A stretch of DNA of 64,000 nt, from contig CAVQBK010000003.1 of the NCBI GenBank assembly GCA_963710755.1, positions 384,001 to 448,000 of the forward strand. Direction: 5' to 3'. Source of the stretch: an uncultured bacterium. GTDB taxonomy: Bacteria > Oederibacteriota > JAAXVQ01 > JAUVAV01. A model generated the notes under the pieces. The model was given only the letters and a program-made list of their open reading frames with translations, did not search any database and was not told the origin of the DNA. The translations under genes and the position numbers were made by a program. Of this stretch, positions 45,681 to 55,568 are shown in pieces. Each line of letters opens with the position of its first letter. The first letter of the stretch is position 1.

Positions 45681-46406
45681 TCAGGTTTTGGGCCCGTTCA
45701 ACAGCGAGACAATGACAATGCTGATGAAGTCCTGGCAGAAATGCATGACCATGGGCGCCACCAGACTGCCGCGCCACAAGTAAACCAGAGAAAATACCAG
45801 GCCCATCATACCGACCGTGATCACGCCCGCGCTGCCCTCATAACCATGACCCAGGGAAAAGATAAACGACGAGATGATCACAGCTGCGGCCGGGCTCTTG
45901 GTGAGCAGGCTGAAACGGCGGATGAGGTAGCCGCGGAAAATGGTTTCTTCGCTGATGGCCACCACCACCACCAACACCGCAGCCAGAACCATCTCCCAAG
46001 TGCCGTGGGCCAGCAGCGGCAGCGGGGTTTTAGGCGAGGACAACCCCAGGTGCTGGAGAAATTGATCGAGCAGGTTGGCTCCGTAAAACATGGGCACAAA
46101 CAGAATCAGCCCCAGCAACACTTCTGTACCCAGATGCTGTTTGGTCCAGCCAATGGTGGGCAGCGGTTCCTGATCGCGGGACAGAAAGACCAGAATAAGG
46201 CCCACCAATGCGAGGTCGCGAAAAAGGGTGGCCAAGGCCACGATTACAAAGCTTACCGATCCGGTCTTGAATGTCCAGAAGGAAAGCACCATGGACGGGA
46301 CAATCAATAGCAGGTAAACTACCAATTCCCAGAACAAGGCTTTTCTTCCCGGCGTCGCCGGCGTGGGATGGATAAGGTCATGCTGGAACGATGAGGGCTG
46401 ATTCAT
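45681..46406 (-). CDS. CPBP/CAAX intramembrane metalloprotease
   Basis: EETIFRGYL, FSLGHGY, SLVAPMVMHFCQD. Confidence 0.9.
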   Translation of the reverse strand: MNQPSSFQHDLIHPTPATPGRKALFWELVVYLLLIVPSMVLSFWTFKTGSVSFVIVALATLFRDLALVGLILVFLSRDQEPLPTIGWTKQHLGTEVLLGLILFVPMFYGANLLDQFLQHLGLSSPKTPLPLLAHGTWEMVLAAVLVVVVAISEETIFRGYLIRRFSLLTKSPAAAVIISSFIFSLGHGYEGSAGVITVGMMGLVFSLVYLWRGSLVAPMVMHFCQDFISIVIVSLLNGPKT

Positions 46407-46949
46407 AAACACCTCCCGCGGTGGTAAGATCTGATCACCATCATGGTACCTCAGGGGAGAATGGAAAACCAGCATTTAATACTCCGACAGCTGGAAAAAG
46501 GAAGCATGACACCGTCCCGTCGTCATAGCCGCCGAAACAGGGGATGTCGCCATACGGAATAATCCCTCTCTCCCTCCGTGACGATGCCATAATGGGTTTT
46601 TGTCGTCAAACCGGCGCCGACTTTCGTCGGCGATCCAGCACATGCTGGACCGGTATGCAGCGGTCTTTATTTTAAAAGTTTTCGGGGATCCCGTTTCTAG
46701 TATGGACATGAGCTGAAGGTTATGATTGCAAATCATTTTAAGAGCACAAGGGGATAACCAGCAACAAAATCCAATTACCACACAGTCTCGGGAATACTGG
46801 TGTGAAAGTCCCCGCGTTGTGACACTGTTTCGAGAAGAAGCGGTGATGTCATCAAACCCTAAGGATGATTTTTTTGCCCTCCAACCGTGAAGGTGGTACA
46901 ATCAACGTTATCGCGCCAACGCCTGCAGTGATGATCAAAAGAGGTACCT

Positions 46950-48479
46950 ATGGGTTGTCCCAGATTAAGAATGTCCAAATCGCAATATATCAAAGGCATG
47001 CAATGCCCTTTGGCCTTGTGGTATTTCAAACACCGCAAGGACCTTATTCCGGAAATCGACGAAGCCAAGCAGGCCCTTTTTGACAGCGGTCATGCAGTGG
47101 GCAATCTGGCCAAGCAACTCTATCCGGAAGGCCGGGAAATTGAGGGTAAGTTTTACGAGATCAGCAAGTTTGTAAACGATACCCAAGCTGCTATTGCCCA
47201 AGGCCAGACCACGCTGTTTGAAGCCGCGGCCTGCACGGCCCAGGGCTTGTACAGCCGCATTGATATCCTGAAAAAAAGCCCGGCCCTAACCGGAGCCTGG
47301 GATCTGATTGAAGTCAAGAGTTCCACCAGCGTTAAACCCTATCAGCTGGAAGACATGGCCGTGCAACGCTTTATTTTTGAGCAGGCGGGAATGATGGTAG
47401 ACCGCTGTTATTTGATGCATATCAACAATGCTTATGTCCGTCAAGGCCCCATTGATCCTCGGGCGTTGTTAATCTCTGAAGATGTGACGGAGGAGGTGCA
47501 AGCCCGCGGCCAGACAGTGGACGCCCAGGTGCAGCGCCTGCTTAAGGTCATGACGTCAACGGAAGAACCGGAAGTACCCATTGGTCTGCAATGCCATGAT
47601 CCCTTTGACTGCGAGTTCATTCACCATTGCTGGAAGCATATTCCTGAATATTCGGTCTACTCCTTGTTTAAGGGCGAAAAACTTCAGAGCCTGATCGATA
47701 AGAACATCACCCGTATTCAGGATGTTCCGGAGAGCATGGAGCTGACCGACAAGCAGCGTATTGACATCCAGGCTTATAAAAAGAACGAACCTCATATCGA
47801 AGCACCGCTGATCAAAGCTTTTTTAGACCAGCTTCACTATCCCCTCTACTTTTTGGATTATGAAACCGTAAGCCATGCTATCCCGCTCTTTGATGGCAGC
47901 GCACCTTTCCAGCAGGTGCCTTTTCAGTTTTCCCTGCATATCCAATATGAACCGAACGGGGCGCTGGAACACAAGGCCTTTTTATATGAAGGCCAGAACG
48001 ATCCCAGGCCGGCGCTGATCCAGGCTTTACTTGAGGCCTGCGGCCGCAGCGGGTCTGTGCTGGTATACTACCAGGCCTTTGAGGCCACGCGTAACAAGGA
48101 AATGGCCGCAGCCTTTCCTGAGGCGGCTCCCGGGTTGTTGGCGCTTAATGAACGGATGGTGGATTTGTGGGTGCCCTTCAACAGCCGCTATTTATATACC
48201 CCGGCGATGCAGAGTTCAGCCTCCATTAAAAAAGTCCTGCCGGCTCTGGTGCCGTCCATGCGTTATGATGACTTGGAGATTAAGGAAGGGGAGAGTGCCG
48301 CGCGTTCTTATCTGGCCTGTTTAACCGGTACGGTCTCTGAGGCGGAAAAGAGACGCCTGTTTCGGGCGTTGCATATCTACTGTCAGCAGGATACTCTGGC
48401 TATGGTGAAGCTGCTGGAAGTACTCGAGCAGTACCGGCCCAAAACCGTTACGCCCGCGATGCAGCTGCCTTTGTTTTAA
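46950..48479 (+). CDS. DUF2779 protein (PD-(D/E)XK/Cas4-like N-terminus + RNase H-like domain)
   Basis: SKSQYIKGMQCP, RIDIL...LIEVKSST, C-(5)-C-(5)-C cluster, FLDYET, QVPFQFSLH, SIKKVLP, YCQQDTLAM. Confidence 0.85.
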   Translation: MGCPRLRMSKSQYIKGMQCPLALWYFKHRKDLIPEIDEAKQALFDSGHAVGNLAKQLYPEGREIEGKFYEISKFVNDTQAAIAQGQTTLFEAAACTAQGLYSRIDILKKSPALTGAWDLIEVKSSTSVKPYQLEDMAVQRFIFEQAGMMVDRCYLMHINNAYVRQGPIDPRALLISEDVTEEVQARGQTVDAQVQRLLKVMTSTEEPEVPIGLQCHDPFDCEFIHHCWKHIPEYSVYSLFKGEKLQSLIDKNITRIQDVPESMELTDKQRIDIQAYKKNEPHIEAPLIKAFLDQLHYPLYFLDYETVSHAIPLFDGSAPFQQVPFQFSLHIQYEPNGALEHKAFLYEGQNDPRPALIQALLEACGRSGSVLVYYQAFEATRNKEMAAAFPEAAPGLLALNERMVDLWVPFNSRYLYTPAMQSSASIKKVLPALVPSMRYDDLEIKEGESAARSYLACLTGTVSEAEKRRLFRALHIYCQQDTLAMVKLLEVLEQYRPKTVTPAMQLPLF

Positions 48480-48497
48480 CCAACTATTACCACGTTT

Positions 48498-48525
48498 CCG
48501 GCCCCGCCTGCCATGGCGAGGCCGG
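48498..48525. terminator. hairpin between convergent genes
   Basis: CCGGCCCCGCC-TGCCAT-GGCGAGGCCGG, an imperfect stem without a clear U-tract. Confidence 0.45.
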
Positions 48526-48535
48526 TGATCACTGC

Positions 48536-51073
48536 TTATTTCCAGCGCGCCCGCAGCTGGTTGACCGCGATCCGGCCCCGGCCGGGTGCATTGGCTGTGA
48601 ACACCAACTCCACATGATCAATGTACTCCAAATCGGTACTGCCGTTCCCGCCCCACCAATATGTCAAATCAGAAGCCGGAATCACCAGCTCATGCCACTT
48701 ATTATCATAGGGCAGATATTCTATTTTTTTGCCGAAGACCGCACCACTGGAGGTATAGAGCTTGAATTCCATCATGGTATTCAAGCCGTCGCCTTTGACA
48801 TTGACTTCGAAGCGGTGGCTCTTGGTGAGCCGTCCGGAGATGGCTTTTTTAATGCCAAACCAGGATTCTCCGTTGCCGTCGCTCACGTAATTGAGCTCCA
48901 TGGCGTAACCGACCTTGGCGGGAATAAAGATGATGTCCAGCTGGTCACCATTGGATTGAAAACTCTCCCAGCCGTCCATGTGATTGGCCGTAAGCTCTTT
49001 GGGATCGAAATCAAAAATAATGGATTCCTTGGACGGCGTGAGGGTGGACGCTGTAACCAAAGGTGACGAGAGTCCTATAGGGTTGACTGTGGCCATGCCA
49101 AAGGTATAGGTCTTGCCAGGCGTTAATCCGGAAATGGTGGTCTGATATTGGCCGGGACTCATCAGCCCGTGATACTCCACCTGGGAGGGCGGCAGGTGGT
49201 CGAATTGCGTCTTGGTGGTGATGGGATGATCAGCTACTTTGATGGTGTAGGCTGCATGCGGTACCTGGGCGGCCAATAACTGCCAGGTCAGAATAACCTC
49301 ACCGGCATGTTTGCCGGGCACGGCTTCCACATGTCGCGGTGCCGGCGGCAGGGTGCGCTTAAGCTCTTTGCTGAAATGGATATCGTCAAGATAAAACACA
49401 GGTTTTCCAGTATTGGGCCGGGGCTGCACCGTGAACAAGACGGTTTTAACAGCCAAAGAACGTCCTGGGGGAAGTTGGAAGTAAGAGAGGCTCCAAGCAC
49501 CGTCTTTTACGGTTGCTGCGGCTTTCAGACGATGGGGACGGTCGCTGGTATCCATAATCTTGATCTGGAGGTCTTCTACGCCGGCATGCCACAGGCCCAG
49601 GTAGCGATAACCCGTTGTACTCTTCAACCGCGGTTTGGCCATGACCTGCACCTGCTGCTGCCGGGCAGGATAGGCGACCTGCATGGCTAAATGCTGTTCT
49701 TTCACAAAGGTGTCGGTGGGCGAGAAGGTGATACCTTTGCCAAAGGCGCTCCATTGGGCATAGGGCTGGCTGTGAACAGAAGCGTCAAAATTATCCACCA
49801 CCCCCACCAGGCCAATGGTATTCAAGGCCTGGCGGATAAGGGGATGGTTGGAGAAATTGGTCCACACGGTGCCCTTCAAGTAGTTGTCGATCATAAGCAG
49901 AATGGGGCCCTGATTAATGCCCAAATGATCCTGGGAAAAATAATCAACGGTCAGATTAAAGGAATCGGTAAAGCCGTATTTATCGAAGACCTTATCGCCA
50001 TAATTGAGCTTAAGATTATTGATGAAGGCCATGGATTCATTGGGGACGAAGGGTAAAAATCCAATGGCCGCCGAGGGCGCCACCGTACCGTCGTTGTCCT
50101 GGCCATTGTAATATAAGGGGGCGTTGTCGATCACCGGTGCGCCATAGTTGCCGTATTTTTCCGGACCGAGGGCCATGGTCAGACCCCACACATTGGGACC
50201 ATAGCCTTCACCGCGGTGGTCCATGCACCAAGCCCGCGAGGCCAGGGCGAATTCGCGGTCGTTTTCACTGTAATTGGCGAAATAATCCTTTTTCAGTCTG
50301 GGATCAATGAAACAAAAAGGCCACTGATGAGTGTAGGCCGCGCCGTCGCCAAAATAGGAATAAACCGAATAAAAGGTGTGAAAATAACGGTGGCCCAAGG
50401 TGAACCAGCTGGATACGGGAATGGGGTGGGTCGGCGAAGCAATGGCCAGCAAGGTGGCCAGGGTGCCGATTTCATTCATTTGATAATACCCGAAATGCCC
50501 GCTCTTGGGGGTCCAGCCCAGATAAAGACTGTCTTCCTTGGCATTGTAAAACCAGGGCCAATCCACCTGATCGTATATGGCGCGGGAAAGCTTTTCCACT
50601 TCCGTGCCTTTGAAATACTGGCCGACCGTTAAAATCCCGGCCATGCATACGGCCGTGTCAGTGGCGAAGATGCCTTCTACATTGGGCCAGGAGCCGTCCA
50701 CGGTGCTGACCCAATGATAGGGATGGCCATGCTCCATGGCCACCTGGGTTTTGTTGGTTTTGAGTTTTGCCGGGTTGAAACTGCGCAGGGTAATCAAGGC
50801 CCGCTGATAGGCCTGATCGCGGGTGATCCAGCCGTTGTCCGCGCCAATACACAGGCCGGCCAAGCCGAAGCCGATTACGGAAACACTGGCATTTTGATTG
50901 GTAGTGGCATCGCGGATAAGACCGTTTTGCGGATTGGCCTGTTCCCAAAAATAATCGAAAGTGCGCCGCTCGATTTTCTGCAGCAGATGGCGTTCTTCCA
51001 CCGTCAGGGCCGAAGCGGAAAGGCAAAAAGTGGCAAGCAACAGCAAGGCGCCTGCAAGGGGATTCATTTTCAT
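48536..51073 (-). CDS. secreted GH144/glucoamylase-like glycoside hydrolase with CBM-like and FN3 domains
   Basis: RTFDYFWEQANPQNGLIRD, GFGLAGL, WGLT, DGTVAPSAA, YGFTDSFN, LGINQGPILLMIDNY; C-terminal FN3 and CBM11-like modules. Confidence 0.82.
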   Translation of the reverse strand: MKMNPLAGALLLLATFCLSASALTVEERHLLQKIERRTFDYFWEQANPQNGLIRDATTNQNASVSVIGFGLAGLCIGADNGWITRDQAYQRALITLRSFNPAKLKTNKTQVAMEHGHPYHWVSTVDGSWPNVEGIFATDTAVCMAGILTVGQYFKGTEVEKLSRAIYDQVDWPWFYNAKEDSLYLGWTPKSGHFGYYQMNEIGTLATLLAIASPTHPIPVSSWFTLGHRYFHTFYSVYSYFGDGAAYTHQWPFCFIDPRLKKDYFANYSENDREFALASRAWCMDHRGEGYGPNVWGLTMALGPEKYGNYGAPVIDNAPLYYNGQDNDGTVAPSAAIGFLPFVPNESMAFINNLKLNYGDKVFDKYGFTDSFNLTVDYFSQDHLGINQGPILLMIDNYLKGTVWTNFSNHPLIRQALNTIGLVGVVDNFDASVHSQPYAQWSAFGKGITFSPTDTFVKEQHLAMQVAYPARQQQVQVMAKPRLKSTTGYRYLGLWHAGVEDLQIKIMDTSDRPHRLKAAATVKDGAWSLSYFQLPPGRSLAVKTVLFTVQPRPNTGKPVFYLDDIHFSKELKRTLPPAPRHVEAVPGKHAGEVILTWQLLAAQVPHAAYTIKVADHPITTKTQFDHLPPSQVEYHGLMSPGQYQTTISGLTPGKTYTFGMATVNPIGLSSPLVTASTLTPSKESIIFDFDPKELTANHMDGWESFQSNGDQLDIIFIPAKVGYAMELNYVSDGNGESWFGIKKAISGRLTKSHRFEVNVKGDGLNTMMEFKLYTSSGAVFGKKIEYLPYDNKWHELVIPASDLTYWWGGNGSTDLEYIDHVELVFTANAPGRGRIAVNQLRARWK

Positions 51074-51326
51074 GGTCAGCTCCTTTGAGCAGTGTTGGCC
51101 GCACGTTCAGCTCTGGGGCATTATAAGGCTTTTCCCAGCCCTGTCCAACTTTAAATCCAGCACCCTGCCGGCCCGGCACTAAACCCGAAACCCGGCTGGG
51201 GTGTAAGGAAAAAGCCCACCCAGGGACTTAATTATAAAAGGCATTGATGTAACTTGCTTATTTACACAATTTTGACTATCATTAAGCTCGTTAACCTTAA
51301 TCAAAAGAATGGAAAGGGTGAACACC

Positions 51327-52316
51327 ATGGCCTTGACCCTTAATTTGGATTTACCGCAACAATTAACTATGCAAGAGGGAGAAGAGCAGCAAAAAACCTT
51401 TGAGGTCGCCATTTTAGGTGGCGGCCCTGCCGGTATGACAGCGGCTGTTTACCTGGCCAGAAAACAACTGGACACGGTCATGATCACTCCTGATCTGGGC
51501 GGCCAGGTCCTCTGGACCAGCGGTATTGAAAACTACATGGGCTATCAATATATTACGGGTCCGGAATTGTCCAAAAAATTTTCCGAACAGATCACCCAAT
51601 TTCCGATCCGTCTGGCCCAAGGCCAGTCGGTGGCCGCCATCCGCCAGGATGAGCAGGGCCTCTTCCACATGACCTCGGATACGGACAAAACCTTTGTCAG
51701 CCGTGCGGTGATCATTGCCACGGGCAAGCGCTCCCGTCCCCTGGGCGTGCCGGGAGAAGAGGAATACCGCGGCAAGGGTGTGTCCTATTGCTCCATCTGC
51801 GACGGCCCCTTTTTCAAAGGCAAGTCTGTGGTCATTGCCGGCGGCGGCAATTCAGCAGCCACAGCGGCTCTGGAGATGATCGGGCTGGGCAGTCCGGTCA
51901 CCATGATCAATTATGCTCAGGGCTGGCAGGCGGACCCGCTCATAATGGACAAGCTTAAAGACCGGGTCACCTTATTGGATAACCATCAGATTGAGACCAT
52001 CAGAGGCAATGACCAGCAGGTGACAGGCATCACGGTGCAGGACCGGTCCGGCGGAGCCGTGAAGGAATTGGACGCGCAAGGTGTGTTTGTTGAGATCGGC
52101 TTGTTGCCCAACACCGGGCCTTTCAAGGGGTTTGTGGACCTCAATCAATGGGGTGAGATCAATACGGATTGTTTTTCCCGGACTTCCCGGCCTGGTGTCT
52201 ATGCAGCAGGCGACTGCACCAGCGTCCCGGAGAAACAAATTATTATTGCAGCTGGTGATGGCGCCAAAGCCGCATTGGCGGCTTATAGATTTATCAACCA
52301 TCTGCCGGCAGAATAG
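51327..52316 (+). CDS. trxB: thioredoxin-disulfide reductase (TrxB/AhpF C-terminal-like)
   Basis: GGGPAG, GVSYCSICDG, GGGNSA, GVYAAGD. Confidence 0.88.
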   Translation: MALTLNLDLPQQLTMQEGEEQQKTFEVAILGGGPAGMTAAVYLARKQLDTVMITPDLGGQVLWTSGIENYMGYQYITGPELSKKFSEQITQFPIRLAQGQSVAAIRQDEQGLFHMTSDTDKTFVSRAVIIATGKRSRPLGVPGEEEYRGKGVSYCSICDGPFFKGKSVVIAGGGNSAATAALEMIGLGSPVTMINYAQGWQADPLIMDKLKDRVTLLDNHQIETIRGNDQQVTGITVQDRSGGAVKELDAQGVFVEIGLLPNTGPFKGFVDLNQWGEINTDCFSRTSRPGVYAAGDCTSVPEKQIIIAAGDGAKAALAAYRFINHLPAE

Positions 52317-52327
52317 GAGAAAGCGCT

Positions 52328-52978
52328 ATGGCTTTTTTAGATGATAAAACCAAGCTTCAGATTAAAGCAGAGTTTGAAAAATTAAAACATCCGGTGACGT
52401 TGCATGTATTCACCCAGGAGTTGGAATGCCAGTACTGCCGGGAAAACCGCGGTATTGCCGAGGAACTGGCCGACATTTTGCCGGAAAAGGTTAAGCTGGC
52501 AGTGCACAATTTCACCATCGACACAGAGGCTGTGGAACGCTATAAAATCGATAAAATCCCGGCCCTGGCCGTGGTGGGCGAGCAGGATTATGGTATCCGT
52601 TTTTATGGCGTGCCTGCAGGCTATGAGTTCACCTCACTGTTTTTAGCCATTCAGATGGTGGGCAATGGCCAGTCCGGGCTTTCCGCTTCCAGCGTGGCCA
52701 AAGTAGTGGCCTTGGACAAACCGGTGCATTTGAAAGTATTTGTAACCCTGACTTGTCCCTACTGTCCCAATGCCGTGCATCTGGCACAGCAAATGGCCAT
52801 GGCCACACCCATGATCACGGCCGAGATGATTGAATCGGCCGAGTTTCCGCATCTGGCCAACCGGGAGCAGGTCATGGGTGTCCCCAAGACCATCGTGGAG
52901 GGCCACGGCGCTTTTGAAGGGGCCATGCCGGAACCGCAATTTGTGGAGAAAGTGATGTCATTAATCAACGGAGCCTAA
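52328..52978 (+). CDS. protein disulfide oxidoreductase (double thioredoxin fold, PDO/AhpF-N-like)
   Basis: CQYC and CPYC active sites, GVPAGYEF, MGVPK. Confidence 0.9.
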   Translation: MAFLDDKTKLQIKAEFEKLKHPVTLHVFTQELECQYCRENRGIAEELADILPEKVKLAVHNFTIDTEAVERYKIDKIPALAVVGEQDYGIRFYGVPAGYEFTSLFLAIQMVGNGQSGLSASSVAKVVALDKPVHLKVFVTLTCPYCPNAVHLAQQMAMATPMITAEMIESAEFPHLANREQVMGVPKTIVEGHGAFEGAMPEPQFVEKVMSLINGA

Positions 52979-52979
52979 T

Positions 52980-54728
52980 ATGAATGACACCAGCAAAGCA
53001 GGCATGAGTTTAAGCGGTATTCCGGCCTCGCCGGGCATGGCGGTGGGGCGGGTATGTTTTTGGAGCGATCCGGAGGCCACCCCGCGCTATAAAATTTCGC
53101 CGGACATGATCGGTGATGAACTCAAGCGGCTTGATGAAGCCCTGGCCTTGTCGCGCAAACAATTGGAGCAGCTACAACAGCGGGTGGAAAAAGAGATCGG
53201 GCAGGACGAGGCGGCTATTTTTTCCTCCCATAATTTATTGCTCAACGATCCCACCATTTACAGCCGCATCGAGAAGCAGCTCATCAGCGAAGGCATCAAC
53301 CTGGAAGCTGCCGTGGAAGATGTGATCGAAGAGCTGGTCAAAGTCTTTCTGAAAATTCCCGATCCCTATATCCGGGAACGGGCTGATGACTACCGTGACA
53401 TCGGGCGGCGGCTGCTGGACAACCTGCTTTCCTACCAACGGCAATGCACCATGGCTGAAGGAGAACTGATCGTGCTGGTAGCCAGGGAGTTGATGCCATC
53501 GGATACTGTGCATTTTCATCGTCACCATGTGGGTGCCTTTGTGACCGAGCGGGGCGGAGTGTCCTCCCATGCGGCCATCTTGGCCCGGTCCCTGGGCCTG
53601 CCGGCGGTGGTGGGCATCTCAGGTGTGCTCAAACAGCTGCGCGCCGGGGAGCTGGTGGTGATCGACGGCACCAAAGGACGGATCATCAAGGATCCGTCTG
53701 AGTCCTTAATCACCATGGCCAAGCAGGAGCGTAAAAGCCGGATAGCGCTGACCAAGCAGGAACGGCCGGCTCAGATTACTAAAACCAAAGACAGCCATGA
53801 GATTATCATTTCCGCCAATCTAACCCGGGAGATCGAAGCCAATGAAGCCCGCCGGGTGGGGGCCATGGGCGTTGGATTGCTGCGCACGGAATTTTTGTTC
53901 ATGGATCATGACGAGTTTCTCGATGAGGAAGGCCAATACCTGGCCTACCGGCATGTGGTGGAAAAGATCGCCCCCCACACGGTCACGATCCGCACCCTCG
54001 ATCTGGGGGAAGACAAACATTTTGATTTTGAGAGTCCTATCGAAGACAACATGTCCGGCTGCGTGCTGGGATGGCGGTCCTTACGGCGCTCCCTGGCGGA
54101 CAGCAAGGTTTTTTTACACCAATTGCGGGCAATTCTGCGCGCAGCGGTGCATGGCCCGGTGCGGATTTTGCTGCCCATGATCAGTGGGGTGGAAGAGATC
54201 AGGGTGGTGCGCATGCTGCTGGCCAATGCCGCCCAGGAACTGGCCGAGGCCGGCGTGCCCTATAATGCCGATATCCTGGTGGGTGCCATGATTGAAACCC
54301 CAGCCGCAGCTGTGGTGCCCAGGTTGATTCTGCAGGAAGCGGATTTTTTATCGGTGGGGACCAATGATCTGGTGCAATACACCATGGTGGCCGACCGGGT
54401 TTCGGAAAAATTGCAGGTTTACTACCGCCCCACTGCGCCGGCTATTCTGGCGCTGCTCAAGGCTCTGCCCGAGGCCGGGCGGGAAGTGGATAAAGATGTG
54501 AGTATTTGCGGGGAAATTGCCGGAGATCCGCTTTACCTGCCCCTGCTGCTCGGCCTGGGGTTCAGGAATTTATCAGTGGCGCCGGTGCTGATTCCTGACT
54601 TGGCGGAGGCCGTGACCAAATTGGAAATGAAGGCTTGTGTGGAACTGGCACAGGCAGCCCTGAAAAAAAGCACAGCCGATGAAGTGGAGGCTTTGCTCAA
54701 AGCCAATATGGTGATCTTGAAACGCTGA
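52980..54728 (+). CDS. ptsI: PEP-protein phosphotransferase, PTS enzyme I
   Basis: GIPASPG, SSHAAILARSLG (phospho-His), GLLRTEFLF, RTLDLG, MIETP, SVGTNDLVQY, SICGE; no GAF domain. Confidence 0.92.
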   Translation: MNDTSKAGMSLSGIPASPGMAVGRVCFWSDPEATPRYKISPDMIGDELKRLDEALALSRKQLEQLQQRVEKEIGQDEAAIFSSHNLLLNDPTIYSRIEKQLISEGINLEAAVEDVIEELVKVFLKIPDPYIRERADDYRDIGRRLLDNLLSYQRQCTMAEGELIVLVARELMPSDTVHFHRHHVGAFVTERGGVSSHAAILARSLGLPAVVGISGVLKQLRAGELVVIDGTKGRIIKDPSESLITMAKQERKSRIALTKQERPAQITKTKDSHEIIISANLTREIEANEARRVGAMGVGLLRTEFLFMDHDEFLDEEGQYLAYRHVVEKIAPHTVTIRTLDLGEDKHFDFESPIEDNMSGCVLGWRSLRRSLADSKVFLHQLRAILRAAVHGPVRILLPMISGVEEIRVVRMLLANAAQELAEAGVPYNADILVGAMIETPAAAVVPRLILQEADFLSVGTNDLVQYTMVADRVSEKLQVYYRPTAPAILALLKALPEAGREVDKDVSICGEIAGDPLYLPLLLGLGFRNLSVAPVLIPDLAEAVTKLEMKACVELAQAALKKSTADEVEALLKANMVILKR

Positions 54729-54747
54729 ACCGGGGCCGGAAAAAAGA

Positions 54748-54776
54748 TTGACATACATATAATAATATTCTAATAT
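54748..54776 (+). promoter_or_regulatory. putative sigma70 promoter upstream of ArsR-trxA
   Basis: TTGACA-N17-TAATAT in an AT-rich segment that could also carry the ArsR operator. Confidence 0.5.
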
Positions 54777-54838
54777 TTTTGTAAGTCTATCCATCCCTGC
54801 TCTGGGGTTGAGAGCAAGCGAAAGGGAGAGCGCCCAAA

Positions 54839-55180
54839 GTGTCTATACAGGCGCGGCGGCCTAAAAAAATGATGAAAGAATTGACCTTATCCGATAAGAC
54901 CAGCCAGTTGGTGGCGGATATTTTACAGGCCATGGCTCATCCCATCCGGCTTAAGATTCTGGCTGGGTTATGCGAGTCGGAATGCAATGTCAACCGGCTG
55001 TGGCATAAGCTGAATATCAGTCAGCCATTGGCATCACAACATCTCAACCGTATGCGCCGGGCTGGCTTGATCCAGGGGGAACGCAAAGGCCAGGAAATTT
55101 GTTACCGCATTGTGGACAAAAAAGTTAAGCAAATCGTCAAGCAGTTATGTGACATGGTGGAGACCAGTCATCCCAGTTAA
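54839..55180 (+). CDS. ArsR/SmtB (HlyU/BigR-like) regulator
   Basis: AMAHPIRLKIL, SQPLASQHL, RKGQEICY; four Cys; start uncertain. Confidence 0.88.
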   Translation: MSIQARRPKKMMKELTLSDKTSQLVADILQAMAHPIRLKILAGLCESECNVNRLWHKLNISQPLASQHLNRMRRAGLIQGERKGQEICYRIVDKKVKQIVKQLCDMVETSHPS

Positions 55181-55206
55181 AAATCGTTTTATTCCAGGAG
55201 GATGGA

Positions 55207-55524
55207 ATGCCAACTCAAATCAGTAATCAGAATTTTGAAAGTGAAGTTAAGCAATCGGACAAACCGGTCTTGGTTGATTTTTACGCGCCCTGGTGCGGTC
55301 CCTGTAAAATGGTGGCGCCCATATTGGAAGAGATTGCCAAGGAACGGGGCGATGTTAAGATCGTTAAGGTGGATGTGGATGAAGAACCTGAACTGGCGCG
55401 CATCCATAATGTGATGAGCGTGCCCACACTGGTGCTTTATCATAAGGGCCAGGTAGTCAGTAGCTGGGTGGGCCTGCGGCCCAAACAAGTCCTGATGCAG
55501 GAAATGGACAGCGCTTTAAAATAA
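55207..55524 (+). CDS. trxA: thioredoxin
   Basis: DFYAPWCGPCK, MSVPT; GGAGG RBS. Confidence 0.95.
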   Translation: MPTQISNQNFESEVKQSDKPVLVDFYAPWCGPCKMVAPILEEIAKERGDVKIVKVDVDEEPELARIHNVMSVPTLVLYHKGQVVSSWVGLRPKQVLMQEMDSALK

Positions 55525-55568
55525 GTAAAGGCAGGATAAACCACACTTTACCAATGAAAGGACTAACT

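Noticed and set aside
46786-46828. Cobalamin riboswitch or RNase P-like motif (GGGAA..GGTG..AAAGTCC..ACTGT)
   Set aside because: Spacing and the expected pairing around GGTG/TCC do not fit, there is no B12 box, and the context lacks the RNase P GAGGAAAGTCC.
46476-46901. 141-aa minus-strand CDS
   Set aside because: Non-protein-like composition and no RBS; kept only as an unexplained intergenic region.
46950-48479. CRISPR-associated cas4
   Set aside because: It has the DUF2779 architecture, with no cas1/cas2 or array nearby.
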